In this document: positions 12,301-24,500 of the stretch, piece after piece
How the letters are laid out: each line of letters opens with the position of its first letter
Position numbering within the stretch: position 1 is the stretch's first letter
Assembly (NCBI GenBank): GCA_010909165.1
Contig: MU008175.1
Span: 1,045,370-1,109,369 of the forward strand
Source: Anthoceros angustus
Taxonomy: Eukaryota; Plantae; Anthocerotophyta
Direction: 5' to 3'
Length of the DNA: 64,000 nt
The notes under the pieces: generated by a model
The model's database searches: none
What the model was told of the DNA's origin: nothing
The model's input: the letters and a program-made list of their open reading frames with translations, nothing else
Program-made: the position numbers and the translations under genes

Positions 12301-13310
12301 TAGACATGTATGCCAAATGTGGCAGCATCGTAGAGGCTCGAAAAGTGTTTGACAGTATGCCCACAAGAGATGTGATAACATGGACTTCCATGATTGCTTG
12401 CTATGCTGAGCAGGGGTTTGGTCAGGATGCCCTCATGCTATATTCAGGAATGGAACAGGAGAGTGTTTCTCCGGATCATATTACGTTTGTCTGCCTTCTA
12501 AAAGCGTGTGCCAGTCTTGGAGAGTTGAATCAGGGTAAGAAGCTTCATACTCAGATAAGGAACCAAGGACTAGAGGCTGATGTGCTTGTTGGTTTGGTGG
12601 ACATGTACGCAAAATGTGGGAGTTTAGAGGACTCTTGCGATGTGTTCAACAGATTGCCAACAAGGGATGTGGTGTCTTGGAATGCCATGATTGCTGCCTA
12701 CGCCCAGCATGGGTCTGGTCGGGAAGCTGTGCAATGTTACGAGAAAATGCAGCTGGCGGGTGTTAAGCCTGACAAAGTAACGTTTCTTTCTCTTCTCTGT
12801 GCATGCAGCCATGCTGGACTAGTGGACGAAGGTGTTGGGTTCTTCGAGTCCATGTGCCGGGACTACCACATAGCTCCAGAGATGGAGCATTATGTCAGCA
12901 TTGTAGACCTCTATGGTCGTGCAGGATGCTTTTCAAGGGTGGAACATTTAATTTCAACAATACCAACTCAGCCAGACCTTGCAATCTGGTTGTCTTTATT
13001 GGGGGCCTGCCGGAAGTATGGAAATGTAGTGCTGGGAGAGCAGGCCTTTCATTGTGCAGTGCATCTGGAGCCCAAGCACGCTGCATCTTATGTATTGATG
13101 TCACAAATTTATGCTGAGGCAGGGCTTGTAGACCTTGCCCTGGAAGTGCACGTATTACGACAGAAGGAAGGTGCATTGAAGATGCCTGGTGAAACCTGGA
13201 TCAAGCATGGGCAGGAAGTGCACAGATTCGTAGTAGGAGACACCCTGCACCCAGAGCATAAGCAAGTCTATGATCTGTTGGAGGAGTTAAACTTGATATT
13301 GAAGGGTTGA
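9392..13310 (+). CDS. PLS-class PPR protein, E+ type (PPR-B); proposed exons 9392-9583, 9660-9775, 9917-13310
   Basis: 1130-aa ORF with 8 S motifs, E1/E2, KMPGETWI PG box and an E+ tail. Leader MRKGCLG...CRRLSS has donors AAG|GTAATT and GTCAG|GTGAG, which join the main ORF in frame via the AG at 9915-9916. Confidence 0.92.
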
Positions 13311-13647
13311 GGGCGTTCCGTACTAAAACAGCACATGGAGTTTGTGTGCACAAGGTGGTTTTCCATCTGTCGCAAATTTTAAAATGCCATCAAGCTAGTG
13401 GGAAGGACTGCTTGGACGAAGATCATTTTGTCATATGGGTCAAATATTGCCGCTGAACTGATGGATGCATGCAGTCGAACCACGAGCAGTAATAAGTTGA
13501 TGATAGTAGCTGGTAAATGTGTTCCGCTGATAGATTGCTTGTAGCCCCATGTGCAGCCCGGCACATTCATCACGCATTATGAAGAGAGTGAGCAGTAATA
13601 TGGGTGCCCTTCTGGATGACCATAGCCTGGTTGGTGGCGGGCTAGTA

Positions 13648-16600
13648 TCAAAACTTGCAGGGATTCCCTGTGAGCGTCCTGACCGAGGGCACAAGTGGTA
13701 CGTGCATTCTGGCCTCAAGCACATCAGGGTGCAGTAACAAGAGACCTCCAGACCAACGAGCAGTATTGTGGGGCGTTGGAGGCAGCCTGAATTGTGCTAC
13801 ACGTTCATCTTGTATGACCCCAGCATATGTTAGAAATATTGCCTGTAGAGCCTTCGCACCTGTGAGTTCACTGTACCAAGATGCAATTTTAGGATATAAT
13901 GCTTGGACCAATGTCTCTCCTCCAGCTTCCCATATTCGTTTGTGCACAGCGACAGTGGGCCACTCGAAGACTCCCTCTGAGACTTGGACAACTCCTACAC
14001 ATTCACTAGGCTTCCCTTTGCAGTAATGAAGAAAGACTTTGACCTCCACATCCCCTGAAATTGGCTGCGTTTTCATCCGACATCCTGGTTTCTTCCGACA
14101 AGTATAATCATATGGCCTTGCGGCAGGAGCTGTTGCAGGTCTGCCTGAAGCATATATAGGTGGAGGTGAGCCATCCAACGTGCCATGCAGGTAACCAGGA
14201 GGCGATGGAGGTCTGGAACACGGCGGTGATGGTGATTGGCCTCTGGAACATGGCGGGGATGGTGATTGGTCTCTGGTTGGCGGTGATGGTGATTGGTCTC
14301 TGGAACATGGCGGTGATGATGATTTGTCTCTGGAATATGGCGGTGATGATGATTTGTCTCTGGAACACGGCGGTGATGGTGATTTGTCTTTCCTGTTGTG
14401 CAGATCCTGCTGGGGCGGTTGTGATGCACCTTTGGCTCCAGGAGAACAAGATGTGGGTTTGTATGCACTAGGAGGGGCAGCAGCAGAAGGATCTGTGGGT
14501 TTAGCAGCAGAAGGGCAAGGAGTGGGTTTGCCACCCTGCGTGCTATGCAGGTGACAAGGGGGCGATGGATGTCTGGAATAGGGCGGTGATGATGATTTGT
14601 CTTCCTTATTGTGCAGCTCGCAAGGGCGCGATGGTGATTTACTGTTGGCAGCAGGAGGCCAAGGTGTGTGTTTGCCTGCAGTGGGAGGGGCAGCAGACGA
14701 AGGACATGCGGGTTTGGCAGCAGAAGGGCAAGGAGTGGATTTGGCTGTAGGAGGAGGGGAGGAAGATTTGGCAGCAGGAACAGGTGTAGGTTTCGCAGAA
14801 TTCACAGACGGGGTCACTGCAGCTGCAGCTGTTGCAGGTCGAGTCAATTGATTGCTGGGTGGAGTGTTACAGAAATCTGGCTGTCCTGTAGATGTCACAC
14901 AACGGTGCCACATATTGCTGTTTGGATCTACAAAGCGGGAATGCTTGATAACAATTGGAATTGGCAGGAGGCAGTAGTGAGTATTGACTAAACCCACAGT
15001 CACGTTGGAGTACCCGGCAAATGCAGCATGAACCTGCAGAACACCCATACAAACATGATTTCTGTTGGACCTCTCATGAAGAACAGCATAGCCTGACGTC
15101 GTCTTTGACCGTATCAAACGCAGCAACATTTGTCTTACTGCATTCTGCCCCAACACACTGCAGAAAATGTGGTCCGCCGAGTTACAAGGCCTAGCTCGAA
15201 TCATGTACGTGGGATCTATGTACTTCACGTCTGCTGACATTTTTATTTTACTGAAATAGGCTTTCACCTATAAGCAGAGTGTCAATGCAGTAACGAGCTT
15301 GCGAAACAATTTCAGTTGCAACCGGGTTCAGAAGCACAAATCCGGTCTTTTGGATCTAACTTCTTGCTTCTCAAACTGATCGATCGCTAACCTGGCTGTA
15401 GAACCATTTGCCAACATCTGCTAAGACTGTGTTTCCTGACGCATCGACAGCCCCCGTCTTCTCAAGAAGATCCTGCAGTGTTAGGCGCTAGCGTGACAAT
15501 TGGCTGCATATCGACTGACTCAACTTGCATTTGTTTTCGTGTGAACAGATGCGCAAGAACCATTCAAACCGCAAGAGCACCTGTCCGGCACCTTCTGCAA
15601 CCACAACAACACAAATGCCATTCCTTTCCAGTCTTTTTTTCATGAAAGCTAGCACGCCGTTGTTGCCGTCCATCACAAATGGTACCTGCAGGATCACGAG
15701 AGCGAAAATGGTAGAAACTCAGACCGTTTGCAGCAGGGGACACGAATACTATCAAGATCTTACCTCAGGAATGAGAACCACGTCAACTTGGCCACTTGCC
15801 AGTGTAGCATGCATGGCTATGAAACCACTGTGCCTTCCCATGAGTTTTACAATGCCTACACCATTGAAAGCGCTAGAGGCCTAACAAAACGCAACTGAGC
15901 ATAAATCAACATCGCAGTGGACATAGTTCTGCACTGGATTAACAGTACAACAAGTTGCATCCCTGCACTCCACTAATCAAGGCAATAGGGACAGCACCTC
16001 CACATAAGCAGCATTTATGGCACGTTGAGCCTCCTCAACAGCTGTGTCGAAACCAAAGCTTTTATCAACCAGAAGAAAATCATTATCAATGGTCTTGGGC
16101 ACACCTACAACAGCTAGCTTCAACTTGCGTGCCCAGACCTAGCACATTAGCAGTTGGTCTTAAAATTTTAACATGGGTCATTAACCTGACCGAAGCTTCT
16201 GCTCTTGACGTGCGGCGACTGAAGTTTTTAGCACTTACTTCCTTGAAGATAGCATTTGCCCCGGCATGTGAACCATTACCACCGATGACGAAAAGCATGT
16301 TAATCTTCCATGCCTACAGTAAAACTAAAGACAATTGAAAATTTCCAATCAGGAAATGCTAGGCAACTCCACCAGAACCAAGGCTCTCGCACACCTCTAA
16401 TTTATCGACTAACTCGGAAATTTTGGGGCCACCACGAGTTACACCCAAAAAGCTGCCCCCTTGCATGTTGATCCGTTGCACTACCTTTCTGTTCAGCTGC
16501 ATATGTTACAGCTTAAAACTTGTACAATGCCTTGGGCAAGTGATCACAATCAGAACTTCCGCAAAGGAATCACAAGCATGCAAGCAAGGATGAGCTTACA

Positions 16601-17580
16601 GCAATGGGTGGTAGCTTGGGGTCGGAGAATCCACGGAACCCATACTGAATACCCAGGATTTGACTAACACCATAGATCTCCAACGTGTACACAATCTGCA
16701 TCACAGACATCTGATGCATCACATAACATTCCTTCAGCAGCTTCAGACTAGGGAACAAGTGTGGTGAATGTCACTGAGTCTACCTGACGAATGACATCAT
16801 TAAGACCGGGACACAGCCCACCAGAGGTAAGGATGGCAGCCTTCACCTGGCAAAGAGCACTGTTAGACTTGAAAGGAGACTTGAAAGGATGAGAAAATGT
16901 GACGGAAGGACAAAACCATGGAGAACAGAATACAGTATGCACATACGCACTTCGTCTGGGCGAAAATATATCCATGCCCGTGGGCCTGCACGTCGAGCCC
17001 TGGAGCAAGATGAAGCAGGAATTACGAAAGGAAAGCAACCAGAGAAGAATAATCCTCATGTCAGCACGTGGAACGCAGCACACGAACCACATGGGCCTGA
17101 ATTGCCACTCCCCATTCTCATCATTCTCAATGCCAGCAGAAGTTGGGTGGCCATAGTGCACAACCTAGAAGACAGGTTGATGCGGTTGTCAGAACATTTG
17201 TGCAAGCACCGCACCTTGTTGCATTTCTGCGAAACGGGCCCTCAGCTATACAGCCGTCACCTTGACTGTACCTTAACAAGAACACGATCCTCATCATGCA
17301 CAAACAGTCTCCCCATGTCATGCCTATCTGGTCTTGGTGGGCTGGACACCCCATCTGGCAAAGGTGCTCTGGTACATCATGAAAGAAACTGTGAGAAACA
17401 AATGCATGCCGCAATCTGCACTTCATGCAAATGAAGCCTGGATGTATACCCGCTTTTAGTCCTATACGTTGATTCAAGCCGTCCCAGGCCAAGATAGTCC
17501 CCCAAGTGAGGCAACTCGAACGCGTCATCGGACTTTTTAGGCAACGACAGCTCTTCCTCCAGCGCACTCTTTCTCCCCAT
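13648..17580 (-). CDS. PFK: ATP-dependent 6-phosphofructokinase, PFK5-like (group B), multi-exon, with a ~407-aa C-terminal extension; start codon uncertain (17580 or further upstream)
   Basis: Exons encode [23 protein letters not shown]|[21 protein letters not shown]|[48 protein letters not shown] and [15 protein letters not shown], collinear with plant PFK5. Confidence 0.93.
14212..14388. repeat. Six-copy 30-bp coding tandem repeat (one unit 27 bp) encoding S-P/S-SPP-C/Y-SR-D/G-K/Q units in the PFK extension
   Basis: Unit tctggaac(a/c)tggcggtgatg(a/g)tgatt(t/g)gtc read directly at 14212, 14242, 14272, 14299, 14329 and 14359. Confidence 0.95.
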
Positions 17581-18084
17581 CTCCAGTGCTCGAGAAGCAA
17601 GCTACACAACCACTCAGCGGAAACAGGGGTTCCTGTCCTGCGCATGCTCATCTCTGCCCAACGCAAGAAGGATCCAGTCCGGCTGCCGCTGCTGCCCTCT
17701 GAAGGCAATCCTTTGAGATTGGCTGCTCCCCCAAAGTCTGCTTTTGTCCGTCATCATATCACGACAAAATCTCCATCCAGATTTCCCAGGGTCCGACCAT
17801 CCCCATTGTGGCCGAACCACAGAAAATTGCATCCTGCACACAACTCCGTGGCCACTAAACCCACCAGCGATTGCCTCCAGTTTGATACAGACAAGCATCT
17901 CACTGATCGACCACACCGCACCGGCGAGACGCGCGCATTGCAGCAGCCGGCGTGGGTTCAGCTAACTCCGGGCTCACTTTCCTCTAACTTCCAAGCCACC
18001 TGAAAAATCTCGGTCGTCTCCCACCTGCCTGGCAGAAATGGTGGAGCATGGCACGGTGACGGAAAGGCCGTGGTGCTTCTGAGG

Positions 18085-21000
18085 ATGATCAGAGGTGGCA
18101 GTTTGGGTGGCCATTTGGCTGTGTTGCTCAAAGTGCCCATGAAATCCGGTACGGAGGAATGCTGCAGGCATGCATCATGGTGGCAATGCCAGTTCAGCAG
18201 CTCCTCCGTTGAGGTAATCCATGTCCTTGCTGTGGGTCCATGAAAGAGACGCGGTTGACGTTGGTTGGGCTTTGAATTCCGTGTTCAAGTGCAGGGCAAG
18301 CACCGCGGCCAGCAAGGACGAGTGCAGGGATTTGAAGCAGTTGCAGAGATTGGAAGCTGCTGGGGGAAGACGTGGGAGGAGGGAGTACTTCGTAAGGATG
18401 TTGAAGCGTTGGGCCTTGTGGTGGACCGACCATCTCCAGTCCCTGTATCTCTTATCCATCGCTTGCTCAGGAGGTGCATGGCAGAGGGGAGTTTGGTTCT
18501 CGGGAGGCGAGTTCATGCTCTGGCTCTTCGATGTGGGCTAGAGTGCAACATGTTCTTGGCCAACCACTTCATCCGCATGTATGCTTCCCATAAGAGGCTG
18601 GAGGAAGCCACACAGGTGTTCTCCAAACTGGCTGCCCCAAGCACATATTTGTGGTCCTGCATCATATCGGCACATGCTGATCATGGGGAGGTTGCTCATG
18701 CCATGGGGCTGTATGAAGGGATGACTACAAGGCCAGATGATCATACCTTTGTGGCGATACTCAAAGCATGTGCCAGGGCAGGAGATCTGGCATCGGGCAG
18801 GAAGGTCCATGCAGATATTTTGGGGGCTGCAGTTGAGCCAAATGTTTTTGTTGGCAACTGCCTGGTGGATATGTATGTCAAGTGTGGCAGGCTGGAGGAT
18901 GCTCGCAAGGTTTTTGACAGTCTGAGTACCAAAGACGTGGTAACTTGGACCACTATGGTTGGCGGGTATGCTCAGCATGGCCTTGGTCAGGAAGCTCTCT
19001 CTCTTTATGCAGATATGCAGCGGGAGGGCGTCTGTGCAGCCAATCATATTACGTTTGCTTGCCTTTTGAAGGCATGTGCCAGCATCTTAGATTTGCCTGA
19101 GGGCAAGCGGCTTCATTCCGAGTTGCAGGAAAGGGGTCTGGAGACTAATCTGCTTCTTGGCAACTGCCTGGTGGACATGTATGCAAAATGTGGCAGCCTA
19201 GAGGATGCTTGCAAGGTATTTGATAATCTACCTGTGCGGGATGTGGTGACATGGAATGCCCTCATAGCCGGATATGTTCAGCATGGCCGTGGTCAAGAGA
19301 GTCTCACTCTGTTTGCCAAAATGCAACATGCAGGTATTCATGCCGATCAGGTGACATTTGCGTCCCTTTTAAAGGCATGTGCCAGTATTCGAGCTTTACG
19401 TGAGGGGAAGAGTCTGCATCGCTTGATCAAGCAGAGAGGACACGAGGATGATGTGGTTATTGGCAACTGTCTGGTGGACATGTATGCAAGGTGCGGAAGC
19501 TTAGAGGAAGCTCGCAAAGTATTTGACAGATTCCGGACACGAAATGTGATAACGTGGACAGTCATGATAGCAGCATATGCTGACCAGGGTTTTGGTCAGG
19601 AATGTCTCTGTCTTTATGCAAGTATGCAGCAGGAAGGCATCGCTCGGGGTGATCCCGTTACATTTTCATGTCTTTTGAAAGCCTGTGGCTGCATAGCAGA
19701 TTTGCATCGGGGAAGACAAGTTCATGCCGAAATCAAGAGCCATGGCCTGGACTCCGATGTGATCATTGGCAACTGCCTGGTAGAAATGTATGCAAAATGT
19801 GGCAGCTTGTTGGAAGCTCGTAAGGTGTTTGATAGAATGCCCACAAGAGATGTTGTGACATGGACTGTGATGATATCCAGGTATGCTGAGCATGGGCTTG
19901 GTCAGGAATCTCTTGCACTCTATGCAAGTATGCAGCAGGAAGGCATCACTCCAGTAGACAAAATTGCATTGGCCTGCCTTTTGACTGCGTGTGCTGGTTC
20001 AGGTGATTTACAGCAAGGGAAACAGCTTCATTCCCAGATTCAGGAGCAAGGCTTGGAAGCTGATACGCATGTTGGCAACTGCCTGGTGGACATGTACGCA
20101 AAGTGTGGAAGCTTAGAGGATGCCCGTCGAGTGTTCAACAGTATGCCCATCAGAGATGTTGTCACATGGACTGCCCTGATTGCCGCGTACTCTGAGCAGG
20201 GGCTCTTCAAGGAAGCCCTCATTCTGTACGCAAGGATGCAACAAGAGGGCATGACTCCACCTGATAGCGTCACTTTTGCATGCCTTCTAAAAGCCTGTGC
20301 AAGCCTTGGACGTCTACATCAGGGAAAGGAGCTCCACGCTCAGATCCAGAGCACGCAGGGACTGGAAGACGACGAACTTATTGGCAACTGCCTTGTGGAC
20401 ATGTATGCGAAATGCGGCAGTTTAGAGGAATCTTGTAGGATATTCAGCAGATTGCCAGCAAGGGATGTGGTGACATGGAATGCCATGATCGGTGGCTATG
20501 CACAGCACGGGCACGGCCAAGAGGCAGTGCAATGCTATGAGGGAATGTGTTTTGCGGGTATCAAGCCAGATGCAGTCACATTCCTTTCGCTCCTCACAGC
20601 ATGCAGTCGTGCTGGCCTAGCTGACAAAGGTGCTGAGTACTTCCAGTCCATGAGCACGGCCCATGGCCTAACCCCACAAATAGAGCACTACGTCTGCATG
20701 GTCGATCTGTTCGGGCGTGCAGGAATGTTCGCAAAAGTAGAAAAGTTGCTCATGACAATGCCCATGGAGCCGGATCTGGCTCTGTGGCTGTGTTTGCTGG
20801 CTGCATGCCGGCGACACGGCAAAGTTGTGCTGGGAGAAAGTGCATTCCGCTGTGCAGTGCACGAACATCCTAAGCATTCTGCCGCGTATGTGTTGATGTC
20901 TCACATCTATGCTGACGCCGGTTTTCTGCACCACGCCGCGGCAGTGCAAGCCTTGAGAAAACAGGCAGGTGCGTGGAAGGGGCCCGGCTACAGCTGGATT

Positions 21001-21099
21001 GAGCTTGAGACGGAAGTCCACAGCTTCTTGACAGGGGATCGTTCTCCAACCTCGGCATTGGCTGGCCTGTCCACACCCTTACCTGTGACTCGATCGTGA
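18085..21099 (+). CDS. PLS-class PPR protein with E1-E2 and a truncated E+ (PPR-C); proposed exons 18085-18213, 18295-21099
   Basis: 944-aa ORF with 6 S motifs. Leader MIRGGSLGG...CCRH...FSSSSVE ends at GAG|GTAATC and joins CAG|GGCAAG in phase 0 across an 81-nt intron. After VHSFLTGD the sequence diverges from the paralogues. Confidence 0.92.
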
Positions 21100-21542
21100 A
21101 CATCTGGTGGTATCTGTCTGCTGTTCACCTCGAAAGCATACTCACCCATTTTCTGGAATTTCTTCTCGGCCCGCCTTCCTTCTTCGCTTTGGAGCCTGAC
21201 CTTGTGGAAATGCTCAACGCATCTGCTGTTGGAGAGCCCTGAACGATGGCGTCCATCAAAGCTGTGATACAGTTTGTGCCTTTCTCGGCGTCTCTGAGAG
21301 ATTGTTCTCCATGACTGGTCGAGAAAACAACGAGACAGCCACTCACAGAATGCAGGGGTCGAACTTCTCCGGCTCTCTTGCTCACGACTTGGCTCCTCTC
21401 GACTTCTGAATCCCTCAGCTTTCTTCCTTCTGGTAAGGCTGCCAGTGCGGCGGTCAGGCTCGCTGCTACATGGAGAAGGTTCTACCTCCTTCACCTGTGC
21501 CGCCCATGAAGTCCACCAAGGCTGTAGGAACCAGGATCGCAA

Positions 21543-24500
21543 ATGAGGAAAGGTGGGCAATTGTTTCTGTGGAGCCGGTGCAGGCATCTGCCGTCGTCGG
21601 AAGGCGTCGGCCTGGGGAGGGCAACAGCCGAAGGCTCCCATTGCAGGGTGGTGAAGGATGATGGGTACCTGGGTGACGCAGTCGAAGCATTGGGCTTCCT
21701 GGTGGAGCAAAGGCTGTACGTTTCCGTTTCTCTCTTCTGCGACGTGCTCAGAAGGTGCATCCAGCAGAAGGATTTGGATCTCGGTAGGCGTGTGCATGCT
21801 CTCACTGGGAACAGTGGATATGAATCCAGCACGCTGTTGGCCAATTACGTCATTCGGATGTACGCTTCTCGTGGGAGGGTGCAGGAAGCAGCACAGGTTT
21901 TCAGCAAGTTGGTTGCGCCAGATGCTTTCGTCTGGCTGTCCATCATCCTGGCACATGTTGAACATAAGCGACCTGCACAGGCTGTAAAACTGTATGGGCA
22001 GATGAGAGAGTCGGGTGCTGATGCGGATAGCCATGTGTATGGGGCAGTCCTTAAAGCGTGTGCTAGTACCGCAGATCTTGTTTCAGGCAAACAGGTGCAT
22101 GCTGATCTTTTGCGGAGAGCGGTTCAGCCCAATGTGTATGTTGCGAACTGCTTGGTGGACATGTATGCGAAATGTGGCAGCTTAGAGGATGCTCGTAAAG
22201 TTTTTGACAGCTTGCCCACAAAAGATGTGGTGTCGTGGACTGCTATGATTGCTGGATACGCCGAGCATGGGCTCGGTCAAGAAGCTCTTGCTCTGTATGC
22301 GTTGATGCAGCAGGATGGCATCATTGCTGACCGTATTACATTCTCCTGCCTTTTGAAAGCATGTGCAGGCGTTGGTGCCTTGAGTGAGGGCAGGAAACTC
22401 CATTATCAGATACAGGGTCAAGGATTGGAAGGTGATTCATTCATTGGGAGCTCTCTTGTCCACATGTACGCAAAATGTGGTAGCTTGGAGTATGCTCGTG
22501 AAGTGTTTGACAGATTGGTAACAAGAGATGTGGTCACATGGACCGCCATGATCGCGGGGTATGCCCAACATGGGCGTTTTGAAGAATCTTTGGGTATATA
22601 TGCAAGTATGCAGGAGGAGGGCATGACTGCAGCCAATCATGTAACGCTTGTGTGGCTTCTGAAAGCGTGTGCGGAACTCGGAGCGCTGCATCAGGGCAAG
22701 GAGCTGCATGCTCAAGTTCAGGAAAGAGATTTGGAAGCTGATGTTGTTATTGGTAACTGCCTCGTAGACATGTATGCAAAATGTGGGAGCTTAGAGGATG
22801 CTCGTCAAGTGTTTGACAGACTGCCCACCAAAGATGTGGTAACTTGGACTGCAATGATAGCAGGATATGCTCAACATGGATTAGGTAATAAGTCTCTGTC
22901 CCTTTATGCAAGTATGCGCCATGAGGGCATCACGCCAGCTGATTATGTTACTTACGCCTGCCTTCTCGGAGCATGTGCCAGCACTGGAGCTCTACGTCAG
23001 GGTAAGGAGCTCCATGCCCAGATTCAGGAGAGAGGACTTGAAGCTTACATGGTTGTTTGCAACTCGCTGGTGGATATGTATGCAAAATGTGGAAGCTTAG
23101 AAGATGCTCGAAGAGTATTTGACAAGTTGCCCCAAAGAGATGTAGTGACCTGGAATACTATGTTTGCTGGATATGCTCAAGATGGTCTTGGGGAAGAAGC
23201 TCTGGCTCTTCATGAGAGGATGGAAGAGGATTGCATTACTGAAGCTGATCATGTTACGTTTGCCTGCCTATTGAAAGCATGTGCAGGTCTTGTAGCCTTG
23301 CCTGAAGGCAAGGAGCTTCATTCCCAGATTCGACACAGAGGATTGCAAGATAATCTGGTTATTGGCAACTGCCTCATAGACATGTATGCTAAATGTGGAT
23401 GCTTAGAAGATGCTCGTGACGTGTTTGACAAGTTGCCCAGAAAGGATCTGGTAACATGGACTGCCATGATTGGTGGATATGCTGAGCAGGGCCTTGGTGA
23501 AGAGGCCATTAGTTTGTACACAAGGATGCAGCAGGAGGGAATGACTTCAGCCGATTGTGTTACACTTGCCTGCGTCTTGCGAGCATGTGCCAGCATTGGA
23601 GCTTTACACAAGGGGAAGCAGCTTCATTCCGAAATTGAGGACAAGGGATTGAAAGCAGATATTGTTGTTTGCAATGCTCTGATTGACATGTACGCCAAAT
23701 GTGGAAGCTTAGAGGATGCTCGGAAGCTGTTTGATGACCTGTCCACAAAAGATGTGGTTTCATGGAATACCATGATTGCAGGGTATACTCAGCATGGATT
23801 TGGTCAGGAATCTCTTGCATTGTATGCAAGGATGCTGCACGATGGCAATGTCTCACCTAATCATGTCACGTATGTATGCCTTTTAAAAGCGTGTACAAAC
23901 ATTGGAGCCTTGCATCTGGGAAAGGAGATTCTCTCTCACATTCGGGAAAGGAAGCTGGACGAGGATGTAGGTATCGGCAACTGCTTAGTGGATATGTTTG
24001 CGAAGTGTGGCATTGTCGATGATGCCCGAATGGTATTCGACAATCTGCCTGTGAAGGATGTGAGAACGTGGAATGCATTGCTTGCAGGATACAATCAGAG
24101 TGGCCTCGGTGAAGAATCTCTCTCTCTCTATGCACGTATGCAGCAGGAAGACTCGATTTCAGCAGATCAAATCACATATGTGTGCATCTTGAAAGCGTGT
24201 GGAAGCATTGGAGCTTTGCTGCAGGGAAAGAAGGTGCATGGCAAGATTAAAGAAAGAAAAATGGAGAGTGATGTTGTTATTGGCAACTGCCTGGTGGACA
24301 TGTATGCAAGATGCGGAAGCATAGAGGATGCTCGTAGAGTATTTGACAGACTGCCCACAAGAGATGTCGTGTCATGGACTACCATGATTGCCGGGTATGT
24401 CGAGCACAGATCCAGTCAGGAAGCCCTTACTCTGTATGGAAGAATGCAACAGGAGAACCCCACACCACCAGATCAGGCTACATATGCATCACTTCTGAAA

